Source: a bacterium (GTDB lineage: Bacteria > UBA8248). Taken from it: a stretch of DNA of 64,000 nucleotides. The first letter of the stretch is position 1. Each line of letters starts with the position of its first letter. The translations under genes and the position numbers were made by a program. A model generated the notes under the pieces. The model did not search any database and had not been told where the DNA came from. It saw only the letters and a program-made list of their open reading frames with translations. This document shows positions 48,570 through 60,311 of this stretch, one piece after another. Location: assembly GCA_965202625.1 (NCBI GenBank), contig CBDBBI010000010.1, forward strand, positions 1,408,001 through 1,472,000, given 5' to 3'.

Positions 48570-48842
48570 CTCTCAATCTTTCCTTTCAGGGAAGAGAAGC
48601 GGGTCAAATGGACAAACGGGGCGAGGATGCCCGCCGCCGCCATCGCGCGTCGATTACCTCAACCACGAAAATATCGCGTCCACCCACCGCCAAAGGATAC
48701 CCCACGATGCGGCAAACCTGTCAACCGGAAGCGAAAAACGAACGCGGCACAAGGGGCGCAGAGACCGAAAGCGCGCAGACGCCCGGCGGATTTCGCCTGC
48801 AGACAACCGCTTGTGCGGAGGAGGCGGACACCCGCGTCGCCA

Positions 48843-49059
48843 TCACGCTCGGCGATCAGCTTTGAAGCGACTTTTCAACGCCCCTGCACGGCCGTTTTGC
48901 GAGGTGTTTTTCCATGCCGTTCGCAATGATTTTTGTCCGGCTACAAACGCTCTCCACGAGGACGCCGCGCGTCGTGGCGACGAAGGCGCGCGCCTGGGCT
49001 TCCTCAAAGCCTGGGCCTTGAGGAGGTTCCATCGCCTCAAGCGCGTCGAACGCGGCCAT
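48843..49059 (-). pseudogene. degraded DUF1640/CCDC90-like coiled-coil gene remnant
   Basis: MAAFDALEAME...GFEEAQARAFVA resembles the family N-terminus (FDTL...aGF.E.QA.A); similarity is lost after about 38 codons and a plausible continuation (LKSRFKAD) is in another frame. Confidence 0.5.
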
Positions 49060-49276
49060 TCTGGCGGGGGGGGCTTACTTTGCATCCGTTCGTTCGGCCC
49101 CCGCCTCTCGTTCATTGAATCCGAATCGTCTTTTCCGCACGACGGGAGATTACGACCCTGATGAGCGTCCGCAAGGCGGGAGAGAGGCCCCTGAACGCGG
49201 GCGGACTGGAGGGAAAGTCTCTATTCGCCGGAAGGTGCGGCTCCGCCAGAAATCGGCGAATCGCGCGCGGAGACGC

Positions 49277-49310
49277 AAAAAACCGGGGGGCTTAAAAAAG
49301 CCCCCCGGTC
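49277..49310 (-). terminator. intrinsic terminator after the porin gene
   Basis: Stem ACCGGGGGGCTT/AAGCCCCCCGGT followed by a U-tract on the minus strand. Confidence 0.88.
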
Positions 49311-49352
49311 ATTCCGCCTCATACAAAAAACGGGATGCGCACCTCGATCATC

Positions 49353-50852
49353 CTAGAAGGTGTGGCGCAGAGAGTATGCGAGCACCCAGGGATCGTCGAA
49401 GTCATTGTCGCCTGCCACCTTGCCATAGTCGCCAGCGACCATGTATGCGCCCACGGCGCGCAGTTCGAGCTTCGGATAAATCTTCCACCTGAATCCGAGG
49501 TTGAACTCCGTGCCGAAGTAGGTGTCGCTATCGTGCCGGATACGCTTTTCTGTATCGCCATCAGTGTTATCAACGCACCTACCATCTATGCCGATCTGCG
49601 AACACTCTGTATAAATGATATCCGGTGCCGACTCCGCCGAATCGTAGAAGGAAACGCCGCCGCCAATCTTGAAGGTCTTGCTGACCTGGTATTCAAACAG
49701 TCCCTCAAACACGGTGGCGCCGTTCAACTGCGTGTTGCTGCCATTGCCCGTCAGGGTCTGGTTCCTAAGGCTGTTGCCCAGGGTCGTCCACCGGCGGGAA
49801 GTCATGAGATGACCGCCAGTCACCCAGCCCACGCCGCCGAGACTCGGAAACGTGAAGCGCTCCAGATCTCCATCGGGCTGGAGCGACCTGTGGCTAGCTG
49901 ACGGCTCTCCCTGTTCAGAAGTGCGTCTGCCGAAGGACAAGTCGTCCTCATCGCCCGAGAACAGGGTGACGTTGCCCATGAGCTTCAGCTTTCCGAAGGT
50001 GGCCGATGTTCTCAGCAAAAATCCCCAGGCCGAGAGATCGACGTTGTTGCTGACCTCGCCGGACTGGAAGATGCCCGAGGCGTTGATGTTTACGATGCCC
50101 ATCTTCGCCTTGGCGTGCAGACCATAGAACCAGTAGTCATAGCCGTCAGAGCTGCTGTCGCGGGAATTGGCCACCCAGGGCGTCAGCGTCATGTTGGGAG
50201 ACACCTTGAAGGCGAGAGCGCCCAGGTAGTTGTCCACGTCATCATTTTCGTCGGTGACCGTTCGTTCCACAACACCACCCCTCACATTGGGGGTGGTGGG
50301 GTCATCGCGCTCAGGAAGCAAAGAAAAAGTCGCCGCCTCCTGCGTGGTCGTGATCCCCACTCCTGTGCCGTTGGCGCGAACGGTGTTGAAAAGGCTCAAG
50401 GAAACGTTGGGCGTGATCTTTCCGTAGATCGCGAAGCCCGGATTACGGCTGCGGCCGAAGGAGTCAAAAATCTCCTTGTCCGGAGAAACGTAATCCGTCC
50501 GGCCCCATCGTATGCGCAGTGCGCTTCCGGGAACGGCGAAATCGACCACCCATCGGTTCGTGCCCACGTCTTGCCTGCCTGCAGTATCAAAGCCGCTGTT
50601 CGGGCTGTTCCACTCAGGCTCCCACAACACGACGATCTTTCCGCCGTCGGTCGTGGCGGTGAAGCGGGGACGGGACAGTGCGTCTACAGCCTGCGCGCCG
50701 TCGTGTCTGTCGTCATTCCGGTCCGTGTTGTCCGAAGTGTAGCCGCGAACACGGAAGATGCCGCTGAAGCGAAAATCGGCCGCCGCATACGCCGGGGCGG
50801 TGAACGCCGCGACGAGTGCCAGCGCGAACAAACCTAACAAAAATTTCCGCAT
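49353..50852 (-). CDS. outer-membrane beta-barrel (porin-like) protein
   Basis: Signal peptide MRKFLLGLFALALVAAFTAPAYA, alternating beta-strand pattern, C-terminal YSLRHTF; GAGGAG RBS. Confidence 0.82.
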   Translation of the reverse strand: MRKFLLGLFALALVAAFTAPAYAAADFRFSGIFRVRGYTSDNTDRNDDRHDGAQAVDALSRPRFTATTDGGKIVVLWEPEWNSPNSGFDTAGRQDVGTNRWVVDFAVPGSALRIRWGRTDYVSPDKEIFDSFGRSRNPGFAIYGKITPNVSLSLFNTVRANGTGVGITTTQEAATFSLLPERDDPTTPNVRGGVVERTVTDENDDVDNYLGALAFKVSPNMTLTPWVANSRDSSSDGYDYWFYGLHAKAKMGIVNINASGIFQSGEVSNNVDLSAWGFLLRTSATFGKLKLMGNVTLFSGDEDDLSFGRRTSEQGEPSASHRSLQPDGDLERFTFPSLGGVGWVTGGHLMTSRRWTTLGNSLRNQTLTGNGSNTQLNGATVFEGLFEYQVSKTFKIGGGVSFYDSAESAPDIIYTECSQIGIDGRCVDNTDGDTEKRIRHDSDTYFGTEFNLGFRWKIYPKLELRAVGAYMVAGDYGKVAGDNDFDDPWVLAYSLRHTF

Positions 50853-50911
50853 TTCCTGTTTCTCCTCAAAAGTCAGAAAAGTGTTTCCGCATTTCTCCGT
50901 AATCACTTCCA

Positions 50912-50939
50912 CGTCGTTTCCACTTCGTCGTTTCCACTT
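50912..50939. repeat. 14-bp tandem duplication in the porin leader
   Basis: CGTCGTTTCCACTT x2. Confidence 0.8.
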
Positions 50940-51228
50940 CACTTCCATTACTATGCGTTGCTCTATCCTGCAGGCGCGATGCTTTCTCGCCTGCGGCAGG
51001 GTTCATCTCCGTATTCCCGCATCACCTCCTCTCGCCGGGCAACCCCGCATGGGGAAGGCGTCTTGAACGAACTACAGGCAGACGCCACACGTCCTCTATC
51101 TACTCAACTGTTAAACGTCAAACAACGCAACCGGACGCGAATGCCGCACCTGGTCAAAAACCTCGCCCGTCCTTCACGTTGGCGCGCCGCCTGCCGCCGA
51201 ACTGCGTCGCAAAAATACGTATAGGGAG

Positions 51229-51257
51229 AAGCTAGAGCAAACGTCGCTCTTTGTCAA
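51229..51257 (-). promoter_or_regulatory. putative sigma70 promoter upstream of the porin gene
   Basis: TTGACA-17 nt-TAGCTT on the minus strand. Confidence 0.55.
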
Positions 51258-51368
51258 CCCCAAAAATAACACCTTGCGGCGGTGCGTTTCCTGGACTTGT
51301 ATTCGGGCATACGGACAGGAAGTCGCCGTGAAGCCGCGCGGGCAAGGCATCCTACGAAAGGCAAAAAT

Positions 51369-53300
51369 CTATTTCCTGATTTTGTAGAAGAAAATCTGGC
51401 TTTTGGGGCCCGTGATCGCGTCCGCGTCCGCCGCCGCCGCCACCAGTTCCTCAAGCCCGTCGTCGTCAACGTCGCCCAAGGCGAAATCCACGACGCCGAG
51501 AGCCAGTTTTCTTGATCGCCAGGTTTCATACAATCCGCCGCCGTCCCACACCAGACTCGCTATCTGCCCCCCCGAAACGCCCAGGCCCGGCACGAGGGCG
51601 ACGGCGTGTTCGTTGCGAATGACCAAAACTTCATCCACTCCGTCCCTGTCCACGTCCTCCACCAGAACGCGCGAGAGTATGGGGATATTCGCTTCGGAAA
51701 GCTGAAAATCCTCACTGTTTTCGATATCGGCGTGAAACGCAAACTGATAGACGGGCACGCCGTAGGTTTCCGAACTGACGTATATCTCATCATCGCCTTG
51801 TCTGGAGCGGATTCTCAGTCTGTTGTCCTTGCCCACCTCGATGACGTCCAGCGAGCCGTCCTTGTCGATATCCCACAAGCCAAAACCCAGTATCGTCAGC
51901 CCGGGCGGAAGCGGATAGGGAGCGACGGCCGCGAGCTTCCCCCCCGACCAGCGATAGCGGTGAATGGGGCCTTCAAAGGGCTTGTCAAGCCCCTCTCGCT
52001 GGCCCAGGAGCAGATACGCTTCGGAATCCGGAATTTTCGCGCCTTGCGGCGCCCGGCGCACCCGAAGCAGCCGATAAAACGTCCTGTCGTTTCTGCGCAG
52101 GGACACGAATTTTCCGTCCTTGAGCTGCAGCACCATCGAGAACAATTCATCGGAGCGATAGGCGGCGAGGTAAATCTCGGGCGCGCCGTCGCCGTTCATG
52201 TCGGCAACGTCGATCCACCGAAAATCGTTCGCCGGCCCCTCATTGAAGCGGGCGACTTCGCGCATCTCGCCCCGCTCGAACCGATAGACGATGACCTCGT
52301 TCACAGTGATGACGACGACTTCCTTTTTCCCGTCCCCGTCCACGTCTGCGACGGACACTCCCCGCAAAGCGACCCCGCTGAAGGCGTGGCGCCTCACGTC
52401 GTCGCCCGAGGCGAACCCGCCCTGGCGGGAGGGGACGAAACTCGGATTCGCCAGAGGCGCCCCCTCTCCAGGCTCGCCCCGGCGCAGCTCCTGCTCCTGG
52501 GGCGGGCGCTGCTCAAAGGGCAGCTCGTCCGCTATCGATACGGCCTTGAAAATCTCCTCTTTCGTGGTGAGGGACAAGAGGCGCGCGGAGATGATTTTCT
52601 TGCCCTGAATCTCGCGCACCTCGTTCGCAAGCACCATGTCGGCGCGTATCTGGTTTCGCAGGCGAATCGGGTTCGCGTCTTTGAGAATCTCATCGGTGGC
52701 GACGCCGCTCTCCAGAAGCCACACCTGCAACCGGTCCACGTCATAGACGTCGAAGCGTCCGCTTGCGAGGAGCTGGCGCCCCAGCTCCCTCGTGAGAGTC
52801 TCCATGCTCAAGGGCTCTTTCGTCTGGTTGACGAAAGGGAGTATCGCCAGGCGAATTTTCGAGGAAGCCATGCGCACCGTATCCCCGACGCGCGGGGCCA
52901 GCCCCGCGTTGGGCGCGAGGCGGACCATGCGCGCGACCGAGAATTTTCCCCTTACCTCCACGACTTCGGCCTCGCCGACCTGATCCTCCAGCATACCCAG
53001 GACGACGCCCGTCGTCGGATGCCGAAACGGCGCGCCCTTCCGATAGACGTTGAGTTTTACGCCTTTGATCGCCCCATCCTTCTCCCCCAGGCTGAGGTAA
53101 AGGTCGCCCCCCTTGGCGGCAACCACCGAACCGCGCAGATTCGGAAATCTCTGGTGCAGTTTGCCGCTGAGGAGGCGGAGCGCTTTGCGATAATCATTGT
53201 CTTGCGCGTGCGCCAGGCCGCCGGATGCGACGAGATGGAGGGCGAACGCCAGCAGAATGACGAACGTCTTTTGGGTGAGGCGCGCGATGAACAAATTCAT
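51369..53300 (-). CDS. secreted FG-GAP/VCBS-repeat beta-propeller protein with FlgT/CsgG-like N-terminal region
   Basis: Signal peptide; repeated DVDGDGKKE, DMNGDGAPE, DIDKDG, DVDRDGVDE and DVDDDGLEE motifs; HPTTGVVLG and RLAILPFVN. Confidence 0.78.
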   Translation of the reverse strand: MNLFIARLTQKTFVILLAFALHLVASGGLAHAQDNDYRKALRLLSGKLHQRFPNLRGSVVAAKGGDLYLSLGEKDGAIKGVKLNVYRKGAPFRHPTTGVVLGMLEDQVGEAEVVEVRGKFSVARMVRLAPNAGLAPRVGDTVRMASSKIRLAILPFVNQTKEPLSMETLTRELGRQLLASGRFDVYDVDRLQVWLLESGVATDEILKDANPIRLRNQIRADMVLANEVREIQGKKIISARLLSLTTKEEIFKAVSIADELPFEQRPPQEQELRRGEPGEGAPLANPSFVPSRQGGFASGDDVRRHAFSGVALRGVSVADVDGDGKKEVVVITVNEVIVYRFERGEMREVARFNEGPANDFRWIDVADMNGDGAPEIYLAAYRSDELFSMVLQLKDGKFVSLRRNDRTFYRLLRVRRAPQGAKIPDSEAYLLLGQREGLDKPFEGPIHRYRWSGGKLAAVAPYPLPPGLTILGFGLWDIDKDGSLDVIEVGKDNRLRIRSRQGDDEIYVSSETYGVPVYQFAFHADIENSEDFQLSEANIPILSRVLVEDVDRDGVDEVLVIRNEHAVALVPGLGVSGGQIASLVWDGGGLYETWRSRKLALGVVDFALGDVDDDGLEELVAAAADADAITGPKSQIFFYKIRK

Positions 53301-53590
53301 GACACTCCCGTGGGCGGACGACCGGCTCAAAGACCAGGGCGCGCGCGATGCGCGATTCTCCGCCTCCGCGCCGCTCGCCCCTCTGCGCCAAAAGAAATCT
53401 CGCGCCATAGACGGCGGTCCCCCAACATGAAAGCGAGGCGCATACCGGAGAGGGACAGGCGACCGCCGCAGTAGAGAACCGAGGAGTCCCCGCGCGCCCA
53501 GGCGCAAACAAATATACCGCCCAGGAACCAGAAAGCAAGTCCGCTCCCCCCGGCGCGCGCCCGTCCACAGCGCGAGGCGGGGCACCGCGC

Positions 53591-55489
53591 TCAGCGCCGC
53601 CGCTCAAGCCCCATCTCTCTTATGAGCGCCGGATGAAGCGGCGCGCCGAGCCTGGCGGCTTCTTCGGCGTGCCTCCGCGCGCCTTTGCGGTCGCGCTCGA
53701 GATACAGGGCCAGCGCCAGATTGTGATGGGCACCCGCGTGATCGGGCCGAAGCCGCAGCGCCGCCCTGAACTGCCCTATCGCCAGGTCTCGCAAGCCCGT
53801 CTTCAGATACAGGACGCCCAGGTTGAAGCGCGCCTCGTCCAGCGTGGGCTTAAGGCGTATCGCGCGCTCGAGATGGAGTCTCGCCAGGTCGCCGCGCGCC
53901 GCGCCCATATACAGCACTCCCAAGGCGAGGTGCCCTTCCGCGTTGCCGTCGTTGAGCCTCAAGGCGCGCTTGAGGGACACCTCGGCGTCGGCTTCCTCTC
54001 CGCTTTGCATCTGCGCGATGCCCAGGTCCACCCAGGCGTAATCGTAAACCGGATAGATGGCGACGGATTTCCTGAGCGGCGCGATGGCCTCCCGAAACCT
54101 TCTCCGGTCGATCAGCGCCTGGCCATACACCCGCAGCGCGCGCGCGCTATGGGGGGACGCCTCGGCCGCGCGCCGCCAAAAGCGAAGCGTCTCGCCCCAT
54201 TCGTGGTTTCTCTTCATCGTCAGCCATCCGAAGAGAAAGCAGACGCTGAGGAGCATCGCCGCGCGCATCCGCCAGTCCGCCCGGGCGAGAAGCGCGGCGG
54301 CCGTCGGCGCCCAGGCGATCAAAAAGCCGGCGGATGGAATATAGAGCAGCCGTTCCGCCATGATGGTGCCGATGGGAATCGCCAGGTTGCTCACGGGCAG
54401 GTAGCCTCCGATGAAAACAAACAACCCGAAAGCGACCCAAGGCATATTCTTCCGCAAACGCCAGGCGACGCACCCCCAGCCCAGAAGACCCAGCGCCCCG
54501 ACCGCCGCCCAGACGACGGCTTCCGCCCCCGCCGCCGGAATCTGCGCGAAGGAATAATCCACGCTCAAGGGCCACGGCCAGCCCATGAGCCGAAAGTAGC
54601 GGCCCAGAACGCTGAAAGCGCCGAAGATGCGTTCATCCGCCGGCAGCAGGGCGAGAGCGTTGTCCAGTTTTGAGGGCAGGTAGGGGCGCGCGAGGACGCC
54701 CAGGGCGGCATACCGCATCCACAGGTATATGAGGAGCGCGCACGCAAGGGCGCAGACGGCGATGAGCGTCTGCCTGGGAGGAGGGCGCCTCGTCTCGCCC
54801 AAACCATACCGGCTCCAGAGCCACCACAAAAGGGCGCTCAGCGGAAGGGCGACGCCGACCTCCTTGGACAGCAGCGCGAAAAGGCAAAAAGCGCACGCGA
54901 GGGCGATGGGCGCGAGGACGCCTCCGGACGGGGAGCCTCCGTCTTCTGGATCGCCTTGGGCAATCTCCCCGTTCCGGGCGTCCGCCGGCGAAAGCGCCAC
55001 GCCCATCAGAAGCGCCAGCCCTCCGAAGACGCCGACGGCGGCCATCAAGTCCGCGCGCGCGACGACCGCGTTCACCGCCTCGGTGTGGACCGGATGAAGG
55101 GCGAACAGCAAGGAGACGGCGCCCGCCGCGCCGCGCGAAAGCCCGAAGCGCGCGCACAGCCAGAGCAAAAGGACGCTGGCGAGGGCATGCAGCGCCATGT
55201 TGACGACCCTGTAGCCCGCCGTGTTCATGCCGCCCACGGCGTGGTTCAGAGCGAGGGAGACGATGGTGAGGGGTCGATAGAGACGATCTCTTTTCTCGCT
55301 CCCCTCCAGCACGGCCCAGTAGTCGCGCCGAAACGCCTCAAGCGCGCGCCCCTTCTCCCGGACGAGGGGATTCTCGCCGATGATGGCGACGTCGTCATGC
55401 ACGAAGGGGTTCGAGAGCGTGCCCGAGAAGATCAAAAACGCGGCGCACGCCACCGCGCACGCCCACCCCCATTTCACGATAAAGCGCAT
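53591..55489 (-). CDS. TMTC-like (GT-C) membrane glycosyltransferase with C-terminal TPR repeats
   Basis: FVHDD, YRPLT, FALHPVHTEAV, SKE, PLSVDY and MAERLLYIPS motifs, followed by several TPRs. Confidence 0.82.
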   Translation of the reverse strand: MRFIVKWGWACAVACAAFLIFSGTLSNPFVHDDVAIIGENPLVREKGRALEAFRRDYWAVLEGSEKRDRLYRPLTIVSLALNHAVGGMNTAGYRVVNMALHALASVLLLWLCARFGLSRGAAGAVSLLFALHPVHTEAVNAVVARADLMAAVGVFGGLALLMGVALSPADARNGEIAQGDPEDGGSPSGGVLAPIALACAFCLFALLSKEVGVALPLSALLWWLWSRYGLGETRRPPPRQTLIAVCALACALLIYLWMRYAALGVLARPYLPSKLDNALALLPADERIFGAFSVLGRYFRLMGWPWPLSVDYSFAQIPAAGAEAVVWAAVGALGLLGWGCVAWRLRKNMPWVAFGLFVFIGGYLPVSNLAIPIGTIMAERLLYIPSAGFLIAWAPTAAALLARADWRMRAAMLLSVCFLFGWLTMKRNHEWGETLRFWRRAAEASPHSARALRVYGQALIDRRRFREAIAPLRKSVAIYPVYDYAWVDLGIAQMQSGEEADAEVSLKRALRLNDGNAEGHLALGVLYMGAARGDLARLHLERAIRLKPTLDEARFNLGVLYLKTGLRDLAIGQFRAALRLRPDHAGAHHNLALALYLERDRKGARRHAEEAARLGAPLHPALIREMGLERRR

Positions 55490-55802
55490 TGCCCCTCTTG
55501 CATCCGCTTGAATCCCTCATCTCGCGCGACGCCGACAAACGGCTTGAGACCGGCCGTTTCGGCTTTCATTTCTTCCAATGCGCCGACCGCCCCTCTCCCG
55601 ATGATGAAACGGGCGGCGGCTTTGGCGGGACGCTCCGGCAAAAGCGCACTCCCGACCAGGGCGCGCACCCGCAAAAGGAACGGGGATGCAGGTGGAAAAG
55701 CGCGTCTGGCGGCACACCCAAGCCCGCCCCTCCATGATAGCAAAACTCCCGCTCCGCCACTATGAAACCGCGATAGGATCGCATTCGCGTTCGATTTCCC
55801 TT

Positions 55803-55831
55803 TTGACTCCCCCCTCAACCACTGCTACCCT
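55803..55831 (+). promoter_or_regulatory. putative sigma70 promoter for the TPP riboswitch-thiC transcript
   Basis: TTGACT-17 nt-TACCCT with a TG extension, just upstream of the aptamer. Confidence 0.55.
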
Positions 55832-55844
55832 TTGAGCCTACAAG

Positions 55845-57839
<1,995 letters not shown>

Positions 57840-57996
57840 ACCCTCTCCGAGCGCGCCGCCTGAGACGTGAAGCCCCGCCCAAGCAGCCGTTGCAGCGGAG
57901 TTTCGCACGGAATGCAAAGCGCAAGGCGAAGAAGCCCTCATCCAGGGAGAGCGTAGAATCTCAGGCTGGGCATTTACATTTGCAAGGCGATGCAGA

Positions 57997-59139
57997 TTGA
58001 TTACCAAACTCTCCATCAACCATTACAGAAGCATAGAAAGCATCGAACTGAACCTCGACGCCATTAACGTTCTCGTCGGCCCGAACGGCGTCGGGAAAAG
58101 CAACGTCATCGATTCCATCAAGTTCGTCCGGGACGCCATCGAGAATGGCCTCGACAAGGCCGTCAACGACAGGCACGGCATGCAGACGATACGCCAATGG
58201 TCGCCTAGAAGGCCTTATGACGTTTCTCTGGCAATCGAGATTTCAAACGAGGCGTGGAAAGGAAATTTCTCATTCACGCTGCGCTCCCTCCGCGATGGAT
58301 ACAAAATTCTGAACGAGTCCGGAGAAATTGAAAGCGCAACTGGCCAAAAACCTGAAAAAATACATTACATCTATCAAAGAGAAGGGTCTGAAGACACAAA
58401 AGTCACTTACATCCACGAAGACACCACAGAAGAATGCCCCACGGAGGATCCCGATGATTTTTTCCTGAACTCGCGATACGCGTTCGCCTTAAGGGGCCTG
58501 AGGTTTATGCTGCGCAACTTCGAATCATACGCCATCTTTCCCAATACGCTGCGCGAGCCGCAAACCCAAAACACCGAGATTTTCCTGGAATCGCATGGAA
58601 AAAACCTGACGTCCATATTGCGACAGATGCGAAAGAAAAAGCGCACCGAAGCGGTATCTGAGATTATCGATTCTCTCAAATGCGTAGTCCCCGGTCTGGA
58701 CAACATCAGCGTCCAGAGTGTTGGCCCCTATTTGACGCCGCAATTTTTGATCGGCGAGCAAAACCAGAACAAAGCCCACGTCTTCAACGTGAACCAGATG
58801 TCGGACGGGACGCTTCGGATACTCGGGCTTCTCGTCGCTTTGTATCAGGAGCCGAAGCCGGCCATCATTGCGCTTGAAGAGCCAGAGCTCACCGTTCACC
58901 CGGGCACGTTCGGGCTCATTGCGGATTCCATTGACGAAGTCTCTCGGACAAGCCAAATTCTGGTCACCACGCACAGCCCGGAGTTTCTGGATCGCTTCAA
59001 GCCCGAGCAAATCATCGCCGTGGAAATGCAAGACGGAATTACAAAGGCCGGCAACCTCAACGAATCTCAGTTGAGGGCGGTACGAGATCGTCTATTTGGC
59101 CTGGGCGAGTTGATGTCGATTGAAGGCATTCATGGATAA
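57997..59139 (+). CDS. AAA_21/ABC-type ATPase
   Basis: Walker [15 protein letters not shown] signature, Walker B IALEEPE...HP and VTTHS; visibly lower GC than the flanks. Confidence 0.88.
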   Translation: MITKLSINHYRSIESIELNLDAINVLVGPNGVGKSNVIDSIKFVRDAIENGLDKAVNDRHGMQTIRQWSPRRPYDVSLAIEISNEAWKGNFSFTLRSLRDGYKILNESGEIESATGQKPEKIHYIYQREGSEDTKVTYIHEDTTEECPTEDPDDFFLNSRYAFALRGLRFMLRNFESYAIFPNTLREPQTQNTEIFLESHGKNLTSILRQMRKKKRTEAVSEIIDSLKCVVPGLDNISVQSVGPYLTPQFLIGEQNQNKAHVFNVNQMSDGTLRILGLLVALYQEPKPAIIALEEPELTVHPGTFGLIADSIDEVSRTSQILVTTHSPEFLDRFKPEQIIAVEMQDGITKAGNLNESQLRAVRDRLFGLGELMSIEGIHG

Positions 59140-59780
59140 TGATCACAAATTGCCGAAAACCCGTCCTTATACTGGAGGGGGATGGCGATAAAGACGCCAT
59201 TCCCCTGCTCATCAGGAACCTTGCCCACGCACATAAAATTTTCGACCTGTCCATCAGGCCCCACCCGATTTCAGGTCAAAACATTCCAAAACTTCGCAGG
59301 GCGGGAGAGCTGGAAAAGTTCATTGCCTACGGCTTGACGAGAGACGGAAATTCCATCCTCGTGCTGCTCGATTCCGACGATCTATGCCCCAAAGACGAAG
59401 CGCGCGCGCTCACGGAGAGGGCGCAAAAGTTAAATCCGGCGAAAAAGGCAGGGTTCGCTTTTTTCAAATCCGAATACGAATCCTTTTTTGTCCCTTGCCT
59501 GGAGTTGATTGCGAAGCAATACCCTGAATATGGATGGAATCTGAACAACTGGAACATAGAGGATGACCATGAGGAAATCACCGGCGCGAAAGAGTATTTG
59601 TCCGCCTGCATGAAAGCAAACAAGACATATAAACCCACCAGGGATCAGGCGAAGTTCACCTCCGCACTGGATTTCGACCGCCTGAGAGACAAATCAAGAA
59701 GCTTTCGGCATCTTGAGTCTCTCTTTCTTTGGCTCACCGGACGAACGTCGGACAAGACCCTCGTCTATCCGCTTCCCTGA
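59139..59780 (+). CDS. DUF4276-like (TOPRIM-related) protein
   Basis: LILEGDGD, LLDSDD.CP, EYESFF, GAKEYL and Y..T.DQ...SRSF pattern; TAATG overlap with the ATPase. Confidence 0.75.
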   Translation: MITNCRKPVLILEGDGDKDAIPLLIRNLAHAHKIFDLSIRPHPISGQNIPKLRRAGELEKFIAYGLTRDGNSILVLLDSDDLCPKDEARALTERAQKLNPAKKAGFAFFKSEYESFFVPCLELIAKQYPEYGWNLNNWNIEDDHEEITGAKEYLSACMKANKTYKPTRDQAKFTSALDFDRLRDKSRSFRHLESLFLWLTGRTSDKTLVYPLP

Positions 59781-59794
59781 GCGCGCATACCCGC

Positions 59795-60262
59795 TCACTC
59801 CACGCGCACGCGCGCGCCCAGCCCGAAGCCATTTCTGAGAAACCAGCCCTGGTTCACCTCCAGCACCCAGCGGACTTTGCGGCGAGAGGCATAGGAAGGA
59901 ATCCGCGTTCCAGGAATGTGGGGGCGCAGATGGACGAGCTCCACAACCCGCCCGGCAGAGTCGATGAAAGCGAGAGACAAGGGAACCCGCGTGTTCTTCA
60001 TCCAGAAAAACCGGCGCGCGTCCTCCTCAAAAACAAAGAGCATTCCAGCGTTTTCGGGCAATCGCGCCCTGCCCATTAGGCCCTGGGCGCGCGCGGGGGG
60101 AGTGCGGGCGATCTCGACTTCGAGCGTCGTCTCGCGCCCGTTCTGCGCAATTCTCACCACTCCCCGATCGAAGGGTGAAGCCGCCTCGCCCCACCCTGCG
60201 CACATCGCCAGGGCGAGGAGCCATATGGGGCCCGCCAGCGCAAGTCCGCCAAGCCTCCTCAA
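59795..60262 (-). CDS. DUF192 family protein
   Basis: VEIART...QGLMGR...GMLFVF...FWMKNT..PLSLAFID...VLEVNQG. Confidence 0.9.
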   Translation of the reverse strand: MRRLGGLALAGPIWLLALAMCAGWGEAASPFDRGVVRIAQNGRETTLEVEIARTPPARAQGLMGRARLPENAGMLFVFEEDARRFFWMKNTRVPLSLAFIDSAGRVVELVHLRPHIPGTRIPSYASRRKVRWVLEVNQGWFLRNGFGLGARVRVE

Positions 60263-60311
60263 CGCGACGTTTCCGCTCGTCCGAAGGGAGGCGCGCCGAC
60301 TCCGCCGACCA

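Noticed and set aside
45777-48929. 1050-aa plus-strand ORF
   Set aside because: Antisense shadow of serA and the aminotransferase in GC-rich DNA; no recognisable motifs.
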